From Iphione sp. A-MEVVRFRX5 (taxonomy: Eukaryota): a stretch of DNA of 64,000 bases. The stretch spans positions 30,132,001 through 30,196,000 of the forward strand of contig OZ320319.1 of NCBI GenBank assembly GCA_976226885.1, in the 5' to 3' direction. The position numbers and the translations under genes were made by a program. This document shows positions 14,283-28,600 of the stretch, in pieces (the first letter of the stretch is position 1; each line of letters begins with the position of its first letter). Below the pieces are notes generated by a model that was not told where the DNA came from, made no database searches, and worked only from the letters and a program-made list of their open reading frames with translations.

Positions 14283-14530
14283 AAATTTGCCAGTATTCAC
14301 TGCTTTCCCCGGGAAATTTCCGGTTTTCATCATTTTCCAATCAAATTTGCTGGGTTTTGCCACTTTACCCATCAAATTCAGTGTTTTTCATATTTTTGCA
14401 GTAAAATTCACTGTTTTTGTCACTTTTCTCATCAAATTTACCGCGTTTTGTACTTTTTTAGTGCAATTCACCAGTTTTCATTGCGTTTCTTGTCAAATTG
14501 ATCAATTTTCATACTTTTTCCAGTGACATT
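14283..14530. repeat. Degenerate ~30-bp tandem array (~8 units)
   Basis: Recurring TTTT..CA.TTT....(T/G)(C/A)AAATT.. every ~30 nt. This produces the 10-aa periodicity of the spurious ORF 14145-14501. Confidence 0.75.
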
Positions 14531-15621
14531 CAGTGTAGGTATGGAACATCCCTATGCGTTGAGGCTGTGTGAGGCTACATAAAGCGGCAGGGAATAATGC
14601 ATGGTGATTATGCGGAGGCCTCATGCAGCCTCACAGGCACCAATGCAGGTAAGGGCCTTATCATTCACATCTCAGTGCCGCACCTGGGACTGGTATGTCA
14701 TGCACATGGAAGAAGCACTTTAGTGTTGAGATATAACTAAAATGTTGTAAATGCATTTGCCTTTCTTAACACCAGTGTCAATGGTGTTTGTTTACTCATA
14801 GTTCAGTTTCTGAAGTAATAATTCTATACCCCATATCCCTATGACAAATGTGTAAATCAAGCTGAGTTTATAGTAATTTCCCCCTATCAAACGAACAGTG
14901 TAAAGAAAGATTGCAGACTTGATAGCAGTTCATCAAGGCAACTAGTCATTTGACTGGCCCGGCCGTCACAAAGCGTAGGCTGCACGATTACTAGAAAAAA
15001 ACCGCTCATCAAAGTACATTATTGCAATATTTCTGTATAAACGTATACTAGCCTCCTTTATCATTTATGCTTCAAAGGCCCATTGGACATAATCTTATTG
15101 AAACGTTTCTCAACTGTCACTTTTACCGCTGCTGGATATTTTGAAAGTTTGCAGAACAACAATTTAAATATATCATTTACATAATGTTAACATTTTAAAG
15201 TACTTTTCAAAGGGTGGCAGAAAAAGAGGCGAGCATTATACCAGTCAGAATGTATGATGCGCAAATGCCTACAATTACAAAAGTAATTGTTGAATCCATC
15301 GATGAAGACCGTTCAGATCATGACAACCGTTCTTGGTTCAACTTTCCTTGCAGTATTTTCACACCTAACAACCGTTGCAATTCACCCACTATCCACAGGA
15401 ATATGTCCTACAAACAGCACTTCCTGCCTTACGTCAGATAGGTATCCCACAATTCATATAATCGACGCTAACCTTCCGAACACCTTTTTCATCCGGCTAG
15501 TATTTCATATCCAGAAGTTGAATATATTTCTAAAGAGGAACATTAGGAAATATCACATCGATAATGATATAAAAGCATGGGCACTCAGAATGCTAAATTG
15601 TATATATCTATATATATCGAA

Positions 15622-15642
15622 AGAGAAGAGAGAGAGAGAGCG

Positions 15643-15687
<45 letters not shown>

Positions 15688-15698
15688 GAGAGTGAGAG
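15622..15698. repeat. (GA)n microsatellite
   Basis: Directly visible; explains the poly-ER ORFs. Confidence 0.98.
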
Positions 15699-18479
15699 GT
15701 GCGACGCAGAGTCAAGGAGACATAGAATGTCAAAAGGGAAGTTTAGTAAACACGACCCTTTATCCCTGCTCAGGGAATTTTATTAAATGAATAAAAAACC
15801 ACAAACATGACAATCGACGTCATTTTTTTCCATAACGTCTATAACGGTAGTGTGTGTACATTTTGGTACAACCTATGTGGTTTTTTTGCATGGCCAGCTC
15901 GGGTGAGATTACATTTATTGACTGCAGGTAATTTGGAGGTTCCTCCCTTCGCAACAATTTGATAGACCCAAAATTGCAAAATTCAAAATCACCAAGGAAA
16001 TTTTGTTCCACGAAGTGATGTCACTACAAGAAATTATCATTTCGACAATGACTTCGCTGCTCAACTTAAGTAAATAATAGAAAGTTAAGTATGAGATACA
16101 TTCCTAGGCGAGAGAATATTTCAATACTCAATGTTTAAGAACTACTTTTAACAGCCCTGGCCACCTTCTCATATTCTATGCAAGTGAAGTTTGTAGTGGT
16201 CTCATCTATCTGTATGTCGAATGATGGTTAGTGAGAGGAGGAGTAATGGAAGAACAGTGGTCAATTCGGCGGAGTATATCCCAATCCTTGCTGTTCACAC
16301 TCATCGGGCCTTTCATCAGAATACATGTAGTTTGAACGAAAATGAATGAGAATAGCATGGCGGAGTACTTCCGACCTGATTAGGATCGGCCAAACTCCAG
16401 GTATCTACGTGTGTTTAGACCGACAGACATAAACAGAAATCTCTTAGGTCATGCGATCAGATTTGTTCAATAATTGGTGACGGGTCTGTTCGCTGCCAAT
16501 ATACCTGTTCAATAACTGTTATTGTGGTGCCATTACACCTCCCCAGTATAGGTTTTCATAGAGATTTCTAGTTAGTGAGGGATGGGTTTTGTCCGCACAA
16601 AATGCGTACATCTTAGGAATAAGCCTTGCAAAGGCTGTGTTTACCTGAAGTAATGGTCTGATATACTTTTTAAGCTGTAAATAATCGATCATATCTAAGT
16701 ATTAAAAAATTCAAATGCAAAGCTGTAAATATCATCTGTTCATCTCTCACAGATTTACATATTTAAGAGGACTCGATATCGTTAATTGAGTTTGAACTAT
16801 ATTTTAATAATGTCATCTGGTCAGATGCAAGCCTAAATATTAAAATTGAATTTCCCTTGGGAGTGCCTATCAAATGGAAAATTAGGAATTCTATTTTACT
16901 TAGTTTACATTATTGTTTTTCAGATTACTCACTGAATATCACAAAGAAAGGAAGATAACTCAACGCTGTAATGGCTTCCTTCAGACGGATGATTAACTGA
17001 CTCAGTGTGCATGAGATAGAGTGGGCCAGGGGCTCTGTGCGGCTTCAGTCCAAATGTTGCGGTTTGGTACGAGCAAATCCCGAGTTTGTTCGACAAGCAA
17101 GGTGGCCTACGTCGTTAGGCTGATGGGTCCTGGAGTTCCATCGAGGGAATAAGGGATTTCCAAATCCCATCAGTTCCACACCATGAATGATGCCCAGGCA
17201 TGCTGGATGCGCCATTTTAGCACACAGTGCGAATAAATGTTAAATGAAATGATGTAATCAATAGCAAGGTGAATTCTCGAAGTCCGCCAGGACATTGGGT
17301 GGTGTACATTGGCAGCATTGGTTATAGTCATGAACGGGCCTTCTGTGCGAGCGAACAGTGACGAATCCTGACAGCTGGTGTGGAATGAATGTATCGCTGC
17401 CGTGGGGTGCGGCCGTTCGTGTGCATGGGTTATCACTGGAGTCAGGATGATCCATTATCGTGAGCCATGGCGACGTCACCAACGACCTCCCACTCGTCCC
17501 TCCCTCAAGACGGGCCGACCTCAATATGAACGGCCTGAACGAGGGATCAACGGTGCCGGCCGGGCGCTGCAGGGGGTCGGCCTCGACGGGCATCTGGGGT
17601 AAGGTCCCCCATTAGCCGTTATCTGTTCGGGGCGCGGTGCCAAGCAGCAGCGCGCGGCTGTACAGGTTATTAGAAAGCATGTCATGGGGAGATGGGAACA
17701 GGAAGCCGAAGATCCAAGGGGACGACGTGGAAGTCAGCTTACAGCCGTTCGGGAGGACTGCTTGTCTAGTGGATGACAAGTCCACGTTGGGGGTGGGTCT
17801 GGGTAAATGTGGGTGGGGCCTGAGCTGAAGCACCCAGGTGGCTCAGCCTGGCTTCGCGGGGGGTGGGGACGATGGGAGTAGACGGATGACCTACTATGAC
17901 ACGGCAGGCCGATTGCTGAGTCAATATAAAACACTAATGTGTCCATATAAGGTTGAATAAAAGAGAACTGGTGGCTCCACAAACGTTTGGCTTTTGCTGG
18001 TATGTCGCTGGGCAGGCCATCCAAAACATTTTGCACTGGCAATAGACTATTTCGAGGATATGGTATCATAGCGAACATATTTTTTCTAATCCCGCACATC
18101 AGATCAGAAGAATCTACCTTCCGTCGTCAAAAGTTTCATTTTTCCTTTAAAAATTACTTACATCTAACGTGAAAAAACGTGGCCTTCATTGTAAAAACAA
18201 TCTCCGTTATTAAGGTTTGGTCTGCATTTTTCATTTTCTGTTGTGCTCTTCATGACAGTCCGTTCATTAAAATTGATTATTAAAACCGCCATCGCTTGCG
18301 AGGTGTTTAGGTCACCACATGTAACTGTAAAGACCATTGCATGCGATAATGGAAGACAGAGCATGCTCATCCTGTCATTACATGCATATTTCATGGTCCA
18401 TTACCACATTTCTCTCCAAACAAAGTCTATTCAACCAGATACTTAGAGTGGGGAAGGCAGAGAGGAGACAACCGCCAAC

Positions 18480-18600
18480 AGAAGGTAAGTGAGTGTACTC
18501 GGCACCTTCATGCGTGCATAGCGTGTGTCGTTTCGTGGCGTTGCGCATGTCTTCGCGCACCTTCCGGTTCATGTCTTCCGTCTCGCGCGTCCAACGCACA
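18480..18600. promoter_or_regulatory. Promoter-like module (NRF1-like TGCGCATG, ETS-like CTTCCGG, CpG-rich) beside a plus-strand donor
   Basis: AGAAG|GTAAGT at 18485, then TTGCGCATGTCTTCGCGCACCTTCCGGTTCATGTCTTCCGTCTCGCGCG. Confidence 0.3.
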
Positions 18601-19535
18601 CTGGCACTGTTTACACTTGATCACGAAAGCTCTCCCTAAGAGCTGTCAACTTGATGCATTCTGTTTACGGACTGGGCGGGTTTTCGCGACAAAATATGTC
18701 TCACAATTGCTAGATATTTGCTGCCTCGTAACAGAGACGGTATTGTGTGGTATCTTGCGCATTTTTTGGTGTCGTCAGTATTTCTGGACAAGAGCGCACG
18801 AACATAAGATAGCCATCTCTTTCTTTTCTGCTCAAAATTAGTCTGTTTACCTCATGGATACGGAAAACAGTTGCCTTGCCCTGTATAATGCAGTAAGCCA
18901 TGGTGTTAATGAAACAAACCGCTTCGTCTAATTATGAATTATCTTAATGAATCTGAACAACTGAAAAGACAAATCATAAGGCCCTTATGCTGAGTGTAGA
19001 GCAATTATACGCCCTATCATTCCTGTCAGCGCCGGAGTCAATGAGTAGAAAATAGCAAGCTCAGTTGCCCGTTGTGATTAGCTGATTAATTATGAATACA
19101 TGGCAGACTCTAGGCTATAATTTGTCACAGCACGCAACGTTCACAATCTATCTGTCTCAGTATCTAGACTTGGGGTAGTTCGCAGCTAATTAGAACACAA
19201 AACTGAAGGGGTGAATATTTGCAAGGTCGTGGACGTCACCTATGTGTAAGATTTTGGTTAACTTGTGATGAATCCTTCAACTTCACAGATGTCTGTCTAA
19301 GCAGTGCTGTAGAGCTACTTTAAGGGCCAGACGATCCTTTGTGTCGAAGGTAATTGACTTGATTGAACAAATATTTAGGTCACGTTAAGTGATCAAGGAA
19401 ATTGATTATGTGAATACTTCATCATTTTTGCTAAATGTTGCGTAGACCACAGTGTACTTGAAACGAACACTTACCAGTATTACTTAAATAGATATCTATT
19501 TCCCGACTCAGGTAAAAACCAGGTTAGGATAACAT

Positions 19536-19675
19536 NNNNNNNNNNNNNNNNNNNNNNNNNNNNNNNNNNNNNNNNNNNNNNNNNNNNNNNNNNNNNNNNN
19601 NNNNNNNNNNNNNNNNNNNNNNNNNNNNNNNNNNNNNNNNNNNNNNNNNNNNNNNNNNNNNNNNNNNNNNNNNNN
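19536..19675. other. Assembly gap (140 N)
   Basis: Run of N. Confidence 1.
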
Positions 19676-22600
19676 GGATAAATAGATATACCAAGAGGGA
19701 AGAATATATGGACTGGGATCTAGATATGATCAGAATTCTAAAAACAGCAAATTAGTAACGCACATTGTATTTGCATGTATGGGATCATAATGTGTAATTA
19801 CAATCATTTGCTTTTTTATGACGCCATATAATTTATATAGGTAGTACATAAATGGATAACAGAAATGAAAATAACACCATATAACGTACCTTATGCCCCG
19901 GTCAGTCTACAAACAATGATGCAGACTGAATTACCCCGAATGCGTTATAACAGAAACTGTTACTTATCTATTAAATTTAGTAAAAGAGACATATAGTTCT
20001 CAGATATGTATAGGTTCGTTCGGGTTCTTTTCAAAATGGACCACGATATAGTTAGGGCTCGCAGCGTGTTATTTCTTTTCAATAAAACGGACGACTTGAC
20101 TGCTTCAATTTTGCAGGTAACGGCTCACAACAAATTCTATGCATAACATCATAGCTAGAGCGGATAATTAAATATCAGTTGCAAAACCCCAGCGCAGAAG
20201 GATAAAAACTAAACCAAACTAAACATTTGCATTAACATCTACTTGTCTCAGAGATAGCACATGTGTACGTACATGTACACCATTCAGCTACATATACATC
20301 TACTCCGTTTATAAGATGTACTTGTGCATTTTCAAGTGTATCTAGAGAGAAGAACAACACGGCAGACAGAGAGATTTAAAGGGCTGAGGTTCGGAGACAA
20401 CAGAAATGAGAGGGCAAGACTGTTCAATGTGGTATACGCAGCATCCGACCTCCATTCGAATGTTACACGATGCCCATGCATGTTGACTTGCGGGTGTTTA
20501 GAGCTTGCCTCACTTCGAAGGGCCAAAAGCTACCGCTTCGCTGTAGATATTAATTTAACCTCAAGCGGGAAAACTTACAAATCGGATTGGGATCGTCATA
20601 CCACATGCCGGACGGCATACTTTGGGATATGGTGTTATTAAGAATCCGGCGGCGTCTGAGACTGTCTCTGGTCCGGTCAGTCCTCCAAGCGGCTGGCACG
20701 GAGTGTCCGGCCGTTGATTTACGGCTCTTCGGCCTCGAGGGATACTTCTCCCCATGTTTCCCTTTCAAAAAAAGAGAAGCCCATGGCGTCTGGACGCCTG
20801 CATCCCTCGTGGTAATGATGCCTAATTATTTGTCTGCGTTACGCAGAACATCTCATAATATGTCAACCGATGGGCCAGAGTGTAACACCCCCACCTACCT
20901 CTTCCTCAACACATACATTCAACCTACTCTCAACTTTACTGTCGCAGTCGAGTTGACAGCACACATACCTGGAGGCTAAACACACTACTAACTTGTACTC
21001 TGAATGCCTGCAGTGTGCCTAATAGAATTATCCCTTGGAGTTTAGACTGCCTACCCACACCCCCTACCCTCCCAACGCACTCAATGGGAATGCCTTTTGG
21101 ACACGAAGTAATTTACCTTCCTCGGTCGTAGTTGACATGCTATGGGAATCCAGGTGCTCAGCCCAACGGATTTTGACGTGAAGGGAAACTGTAACGATGA
21201 AAGTAGCTTTGTATCTATATATACGACCTATGTGAACCGATCAGCTAAAACGGTATTGCAGCCACAGCTTATGCTGTTGTCCAGTTTATGGTTATGCGGT
21301 TAACATGTTTGTCTACCTGGGTGCACGGATTTGTACATTTACTGTCAGCCTATATCTAGGACATATACTCTACTAGAGATAAACCATAATTACACAAGAT
21401 TTTTCGGGGGGGGGGGACTTCCTCAACAGCCCATTAAAGGGAAATGCATGGCCTGGCTTAGAAAAAAAAAATGAAACCATCCCATTACCTTAACTGTAGT
21501 CGTGTCTACGTATGTACAGTTACATGCGAATGTTCACGTATAGATTTTCCATTTCTGGTTGCGTCCATGCTATATGTATATGTCTCTTTACTACCATAAA
21601 CAAATGATTACTTTATCGTTTTGTATACATGCACGTCTATTTATATCTTATTTGTATTATATATTAATGATTTTTCACTGCATAATTACTATAATTCATA
21701 ATGAAACAAACAGCCAGAGACAGACAAAGGTTCACAATTAACCAAACTGAAATGCCTCCCTAAGTAAGCCATATTGGAAGCCACCACTGGGCAGCAGCAA
21801 ATTACCACCCACTCCAAATATACTTGGAATACCAGACCTGAAGCACACCAAAATAATGCGCAACGTATGAGGCCTAAATATAAACACATGAAAAAGTAAA
21901 GAAATCTGGCTTCTGCCATAGCTGTAACATTCAAGAGAGAACTACTGAAAGCTGAACTGAATCCTTCTTATAGAAACACAGTTCTAAGTCGAACGTATAG
22001 TGACATTTCCCTGATTACTGCTGAAGGCTACAGCTAATAATCAGTCAAGCCACCTAGTATGGACACATCTCAGGTATCTCCTTCAAAATTGTAATAGAAT
22101 CCAGTTCCTTCTTGAATATAAATTAAGGCTTTATTCATATACTACTTTTGAAGAGACGTAAAAGATTAAAAAAAAGCGATGAATATTGTAACTATCCTTC
22201 CATTTAAGATTTCTGAACATTACATATTGTAATGGAATATGACATGGCATATAATTTGTATCTGTCCAAGAATAGCCAACCAGTCCACAGTAGGCATTTC
22301 CTTTTATCCACGATCCCTTTCGCCTTCTCACACTATTTGACCCTGAACGGCAATTTGCCATATGCAAATTAGCCCTTACACAATGGAATATCTCAAATCA
22401 TTAACGATAATGATTATGTGTGAAAAGTACCAGTTGTATGTGTTGCTTTGTAGGCAACATAGATTCCATCAATAAAGTCCCTTGCGTCGACCTTCTTACA
22501 TGACGATGAAAGAGTACTATGGAGACATCCTAAATATATTGTTATTCTGTGATAAATATATAGATATACACCCACGCAAATGATCCTGGTTACCATCTCG

Positions 22601-25600
22601 GAGTAATGAATGAAAGCTCATGAATGGATGGGCTTGATAATTAATGAGCTTCAAAGATTATGAATGAAAGGGACTGATAGCGCGTGAGGAAAGTTCCTCT
22701 GAACATGAACTAATGGGGAAAAAAGGGGAAAAAATGATGTGGAGTAGGAAAAAACATTACTCGTCGGTTCGTGTGAAATAGCTATCTTATCAATCTTATC
22801 GAGCTAATACAAAACGGGCAACAATAATGATATCTGAATCATCGTCTTCTATTCTAGTCTTTTTGTAATCCCTTTGCCATCCAGCAGTTTTACGTATCCC
22901 CCGCTTTTCCCTTCTCCCACCATGACCCTCGTATCCCTGTGACACCCTGCGTTACAATCTTCTCTGCGGGGGGCAGAGCCCGTTTGGGTGGGTGTTCACT
23001 TTGGGGACCATGTACAGTGCCGCACTAGATGCGAATACATCGTTTCCATGGCCACGTACCCCCTGCAGAGTTATGAGTTGTTGTTTCAGCGGTTTCCTCT
23101 CAAGCTCTGAAACCAACCCTCACTACTTCCCCCTACTCAAGATATCTTTTCTCGAGTTCCTTAGGAATCACACATGCACCTGGTTGGCATATAATAAAAA
23201 TATCGATCGTTAGTAGATGTTATTCAAATTTTCCAGGTAATACTGACGAAGATATGATATCAGTGTCAATTAGAAGGTCGCGGAACAAACATTAATGCCT
23301 GAAAACGCAGAAATGCGAAAGGAAGGGGTTAACTGATGCCTGGTCGAAGCCACATCATCACTGGCTTCTACTTGAAATGACAAGTCATTCTCCATTGTAT
23401 GATGTAATAAACAATGGGTGGTTTTAAAGTAGATCATAAATAACAAGGAGATGTTATTTTTCATGGTCTTTTCCATCTATGTGCGTGATGCGTTGATTGT
23501 TGACATGGGGACTATCATGATCCTTAATCTCTTCTGCAAAGCTTTTGTTAAAATGGAAAAAAAATTAACACAACTAATTATTGAATAAAGTAATACGGAG
23601 GTACATTAGTTCATACACTGTTCATGGCAATACATTTGCGATGGAATACAACACATATGGAAGGGATCGCTTGAAAATGGCCATTTAGTATATACGAAAT
23701 CACATAAAACTTGAAAATCATTTCTGCGATACAAGATTATCTTGGCAGCAATAAATCGTTTTCTATATGATGTATATCCCAGAGCTCTAAAGTTGCACCT
23801 TACCCCAGTGCTGTCGTCAGGGTATTAGTGTCTATAAGTAAAGTACTGCCACAAATAAAACCCTTTCATACTGATTCATAGAAAATTTCGATTGATCAGT
23901 ATTTGAGGAATAGCAGAGAATAAATATCCTGTATTATGCTGGACAGGTTTATATTGGACTACTATACGAATCCGGAGAAGAGATCGATATTTTATGATGA
24001 CTGTTGTACCGGATTCGTTTGGCCTAAAAATACTATTGCATTTTAGTAATATTGTTTTTTACGAAGAAAATATTGCGGTTGATATTTTTGTGGATAAATG
24101 TCACTAGTGACATGTACTCGAATATTCACACACCTGCCAAGTGTTCTTTTTTTATAGATGATAATATACAACAAACAGGTCATCTTTGAATATATTTGTT
24201 ATGAGTAAGAGAAAAAGAGACTGTCAGGTTAACTAGCTGAAGAAGTGCTACTTCTCGAGCTCTCAAAGTCACAACTGACAGAAAAGCCTGACAATAGGGG
24301 CGGTGCGATGTTTGTGCCCCGCATGGGATTGGGTTCGTCTCGGGCGGCTGGTTGGCCAAGAGTCGGGACGACGGGGGTCGCGACGGCCGTTCAACTTTGC
24401 GGGATTGCATGATAGGATCTCAGGTGAACAGGCTGCAAGTCAGGACTTCTGGCTTCATATCCCTTGCTAACTGTATATGACAGGTCCATATTAAGAAACA
24501 ACGGTGACATTGCGTGGTTTAACCGATACCTGTGGGTCATGATTAGAAATAACTCTGTGACCCATGACGCGGTAACTTGTACATATGTCTACTTGCAATC
24601 ATAAAGTCCAATGGTTTAATGGTAATGTGACAGTGACATATCAAGCTGGGAAGCTTTATGTGACAGGGACGCTATGGGTATACGGTTAAATGGAGTTGCT
24701 GACACTGCGTGATAATGATAGGCTTGAAGAACAGAGAAATCATACTTTATTTCAATCTAGATGTCAAGAGTGTCTACAAGGTGAAAAGAAATTTCAATTG
24801 AATACTGGAAAAAAATATAAATGGTATAGACTCATGCCTTTCTATCAGACTTATGTAAATTGTACCCTGTATTGCATGCTTCATACTTGCAAGTTAACTG
24901 TATCCTCACACTCCTAATATACTACATATAAAATCAACCCGCATGTCTGTGTGTGTTAAACAAGTCATGTATGTTCATAGATGTGTAACTTGGCAGCATT
25001 ATAACGGTAGATAGATACAGATAGTGATAGGTCTAATGGAACATAAGAATATAGACATTTTGACGGACTGCATGGGAGACCCACTGACAGACGGAAATTC
25101 ATGTTCATAGACACAGAGGGGCGGACATAAAAAGACAAGGGAATACAATTGAGGGAGGATAAACCGAGAGAGAGATACAGTGACAGAGACAAAACAAACA
25201 GACGAGGAGGAATGCATTAAGTCACACGATACATAGACCGAAGCGGGGAGTGAGTAGGAAAAATAGGGGGAAGAAGGAAGGGGGAAAATCTAAAGGTATT
25301 AGTGCATCGTAGGAATTGGAAAGGAAGAAGAGGCAGGTTGTCGAAAAATAGAACGGTGACAACCAGCACGCAGAGTGTTGCGAAAGGTGAGAGAAATTCG
25401 CAGGTATGCACGGACTGTTGTCAATTGCGAAGAGTCTGAATGTGTAGCCTCAAACAAGGCAGCCTAGACGAGAGGTTTTGCCTGAGAAGTGCTTGTAAAG
25501 GTTCGGCGGGGGCTACAAAAGGCCAATATGTGTCATCTGGAAGGCCAAAAGTCAGAAAGTCACTTGGTTTGGACTGCCATGTGACCGGTATTCTGGAGAG

Positions 25601-28600
25601 GTCTGGAGGTGTCAGCAGACTCACCTTGCAGTAAGCCGCCTTCACGCCGCATGTCCTCTGTGTGATGGCTTCACCTCGAACGCCGCTAGTCGGTTACAAA
25701 ATCCACCTACACACCGGTCGGCTGTCGTACTCTCCAAAATATGCGAAATCTGTCTCCGGCCTTGGGAGCACGATTCCATCAAAGCAAGCCCCCAAATTCT
25801 ACCCGATGATCTTTGTATAGTTCAGTGTGACCTTATGGGTGTGTGGAGCGATTACGTCGGCCCGAGTTGCCTTTTTGGCACTCTTGACATCAATGTGCGT
25901 AAGTATGAAACACGTTTACAACAACGCGGACGGCAGTGTGAGGCGCAATGGGCAGAGTTGTAGTTCTGCTTTGCCCCTGGCCTCTTCCTCTCTCTGCTCG
26001 TTCATGCATCCAGGGTGCGGAGCGTTATACACACAGGTAGGACCACGCCGTGCAGGCCTGGTGTATGTGAGTGTGTGTGTATGTTGTGTCGTTCACGGGC
26101 CCCTGGTTTGTGTGTGTGAGTTTGTCAGTAGGTACGACGGTGTGAAGTGATGTGCCCCCCCCCCCCTCACGCCTCTCCGCGCCACTGGGTGACCCGTATC
26201 AGGAAGGAGGGAAGCTGTCGCACTCATCAGAGCAGGGCGTGCGTGTTGTACGGCCGCGGGGGCTCCCGGTATCAGGGACGGGACGGAGCGGCGGCAGTGT
26301 CGACTGCGGGCGGGCGGACGGCGTGCCGATGGCGGACGGCGACATCAGCTGGCTGCTGCAGGCGACTAATGCTACCAACAGCATGCCGCCCGGCGCAAAC
26401 ACCCGACGACCGCACCCCCCCCCCAACGCCTTCTTTCTGTCCCCCCCCCCTCATCCCCAAATCACCTGACAGCACCCCACTCTTTCCAACCCTACGAAAG
26501 CTGCCGGCAACTAAAATGAAGGTGGGGAAGGGGGGGGCAGCTTTTTATGGAACTTTAGAGAGGGGAAATTACAGGGTGGGCATTGAGACATCGGCCACCA
26601 ACCTTTGTCCCAGTCCGGCCCGACGGCTCGGCCCGACGACTGCCCTATCGCGATCAGAAAATTATTCCCGATTCACGCGCGTCAATTGCGTTCAGCGGCG
26701 CCCCGACAAAAAACCTCAAGGGATACTAGCTAAAGGGACCTTCTTAAAATGAGCCTACGACCGGAAGTTCTCAGTCGACGATGTGCCATGTTTAGCAGCA
26801 CGGAGGAAACGTGGGTCCACCTTCAGCGTCGGTCACTCAAAGAGACCCGTCTCCGATGACAAATAATTAACGTCGAAATCACCACGGCTCGAGTGTCGTG
26901 AAGGTTAATTTCTTCCCCGGTGGCACGGTACAAAGTGCTGACGGTCGGGGTGTAGTTGTGCGACGAGTGTGCGTTTTTCTTTCATTACCGCTCAGCGGCA
27001 GCGTTAAAAAGCGCACCCCTTGCTGCCCGCGATGGCAGGTGAAGGTGAATCCTAAAAGAGTGTGTTGTTGGTTTACAAGGCCAACAGTCAGATGTGCTGC
27101 CTTAATAGGGTCACTGACTTCAACGAGGGGCCCTATCTGCATGAACTACTAAATTAACGTCCGTAAAATGAAGGAATACCGGTATTGTGTGTGTATATAT
27201 ATATACATACAAGGGGAAAGGGGCGGGAATTATTCAGGACACAACATAGCAAGAACTAGTGTGCCTTTACTTCTCAGGTATTTGGTTTTTATGATGAATT
27301 TCCTCGTGTTCTGCAGGTCATGATGCCAATAAACTTAGATGCGCATGTACGCTAACTCCGAGATATCTAATTGGAAAATAAATGCAGATAATTGTACATG
27401 TCTGTATTTCAAAAGAACGATTTTCTGTGACCAAATTAATTTGAACACTGCCTCTAACTAAAGAATCATTACCGTTGCGGAAACGTAAAAAAAGTCTCAT
27501 ACGCCGGCATAAATAGTTGTCTGTCATGTGACTCCATGGAAATGAAAGTTAAATGTAGAGAGTAATATTGTATCAAGGACCCCTTAACTACCCTACCTTT
27601 ATCGTCACGCTACTCAGGCAGGTGCTTCATTAGAAATCAGGACACATTTGAGTGATAGACACAAGGACAGGGGTAGAATTAAACCAGCACCGGTAATCGG
27701 CCTCAAAGCACGAGGACCTGCCATCTAAATGTCGTTAGTCGACAGACTGAGTTCTAATAGCTCTAATGGAGTCATCACTAGGGAGTACCTCCCCCCCCCA
27801 CCCACCACCACCAAGAACCAAACTCTCCACCCCAATCCATCCGCTAACCTATAGGTTCTCCTCAATAGAGGCAAACTTGGCCCACTTCAGCTCTTACTCC
27901 ACCTCCACGTATATAACCTAGCCAGTGGGGTAGACCTGCACAGCCAATCACACGACCTTTGCCACCAGGTAGGGCACATTCCTGGACAACTAAGCGACCT
28001 CCCCCTGTGACCAAAAATGCCACAAGTTTCCCCATAATGTCTGTGAGACACTTCGTATTTCAGCGAAGCTTGATAATGCGATGTACTAAAGACGGCGCTA
28101 TCGCTCTGCAACCCAGAGCCTTTCATGTCATGAAAGTTGATGGATTGCCTTGTCAGTGTCAGATTATAAGGGCACTGAAATGCTCATGATTATTCTAGAA
28201 GGGGTTATGGTTACCAATAAAATTAATAATCATGGCATTTATCAGCAGCATACACATAAACTCAAATTATGTGAAGACGGATTGACTGTGTCAATTCGAC
28301 GAGATCCCTATTTGATCCTCCAGGTAGGAAAGCATGAAAGAACTACATTTTTATGTGAAACTGCGTATGCAAGAATCACTGGAAAGAATCCCATTGTTCC
28401 TGTATTTTAATGGGACCCTATAAGAAAATGTCAAATTGATATGAATGTATGTATAAATGTATGTACATCTGTAGCTACACCACAACATGCATGTGCTTCC
28501 ATGTAGTACTTCGTAACAGAATGCTTTATATTCAAGCTAAAAAAAATCAAAAGGGTGTATACCTAGTACGGAATGAATCAGGATCAGAAAGGGTCACAAC

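Noticed and set aside
14145-14526. ORFs with 10-aa periodicity
   Set aside because: Product of the 30-bp non-coding tandem array; phase-shifted Phe-rich translations.
15287-15790. 167-aa ORF and poly-ER ORFs
   Set aside because: Kept open by the (GA)n microsatellite; no domain.
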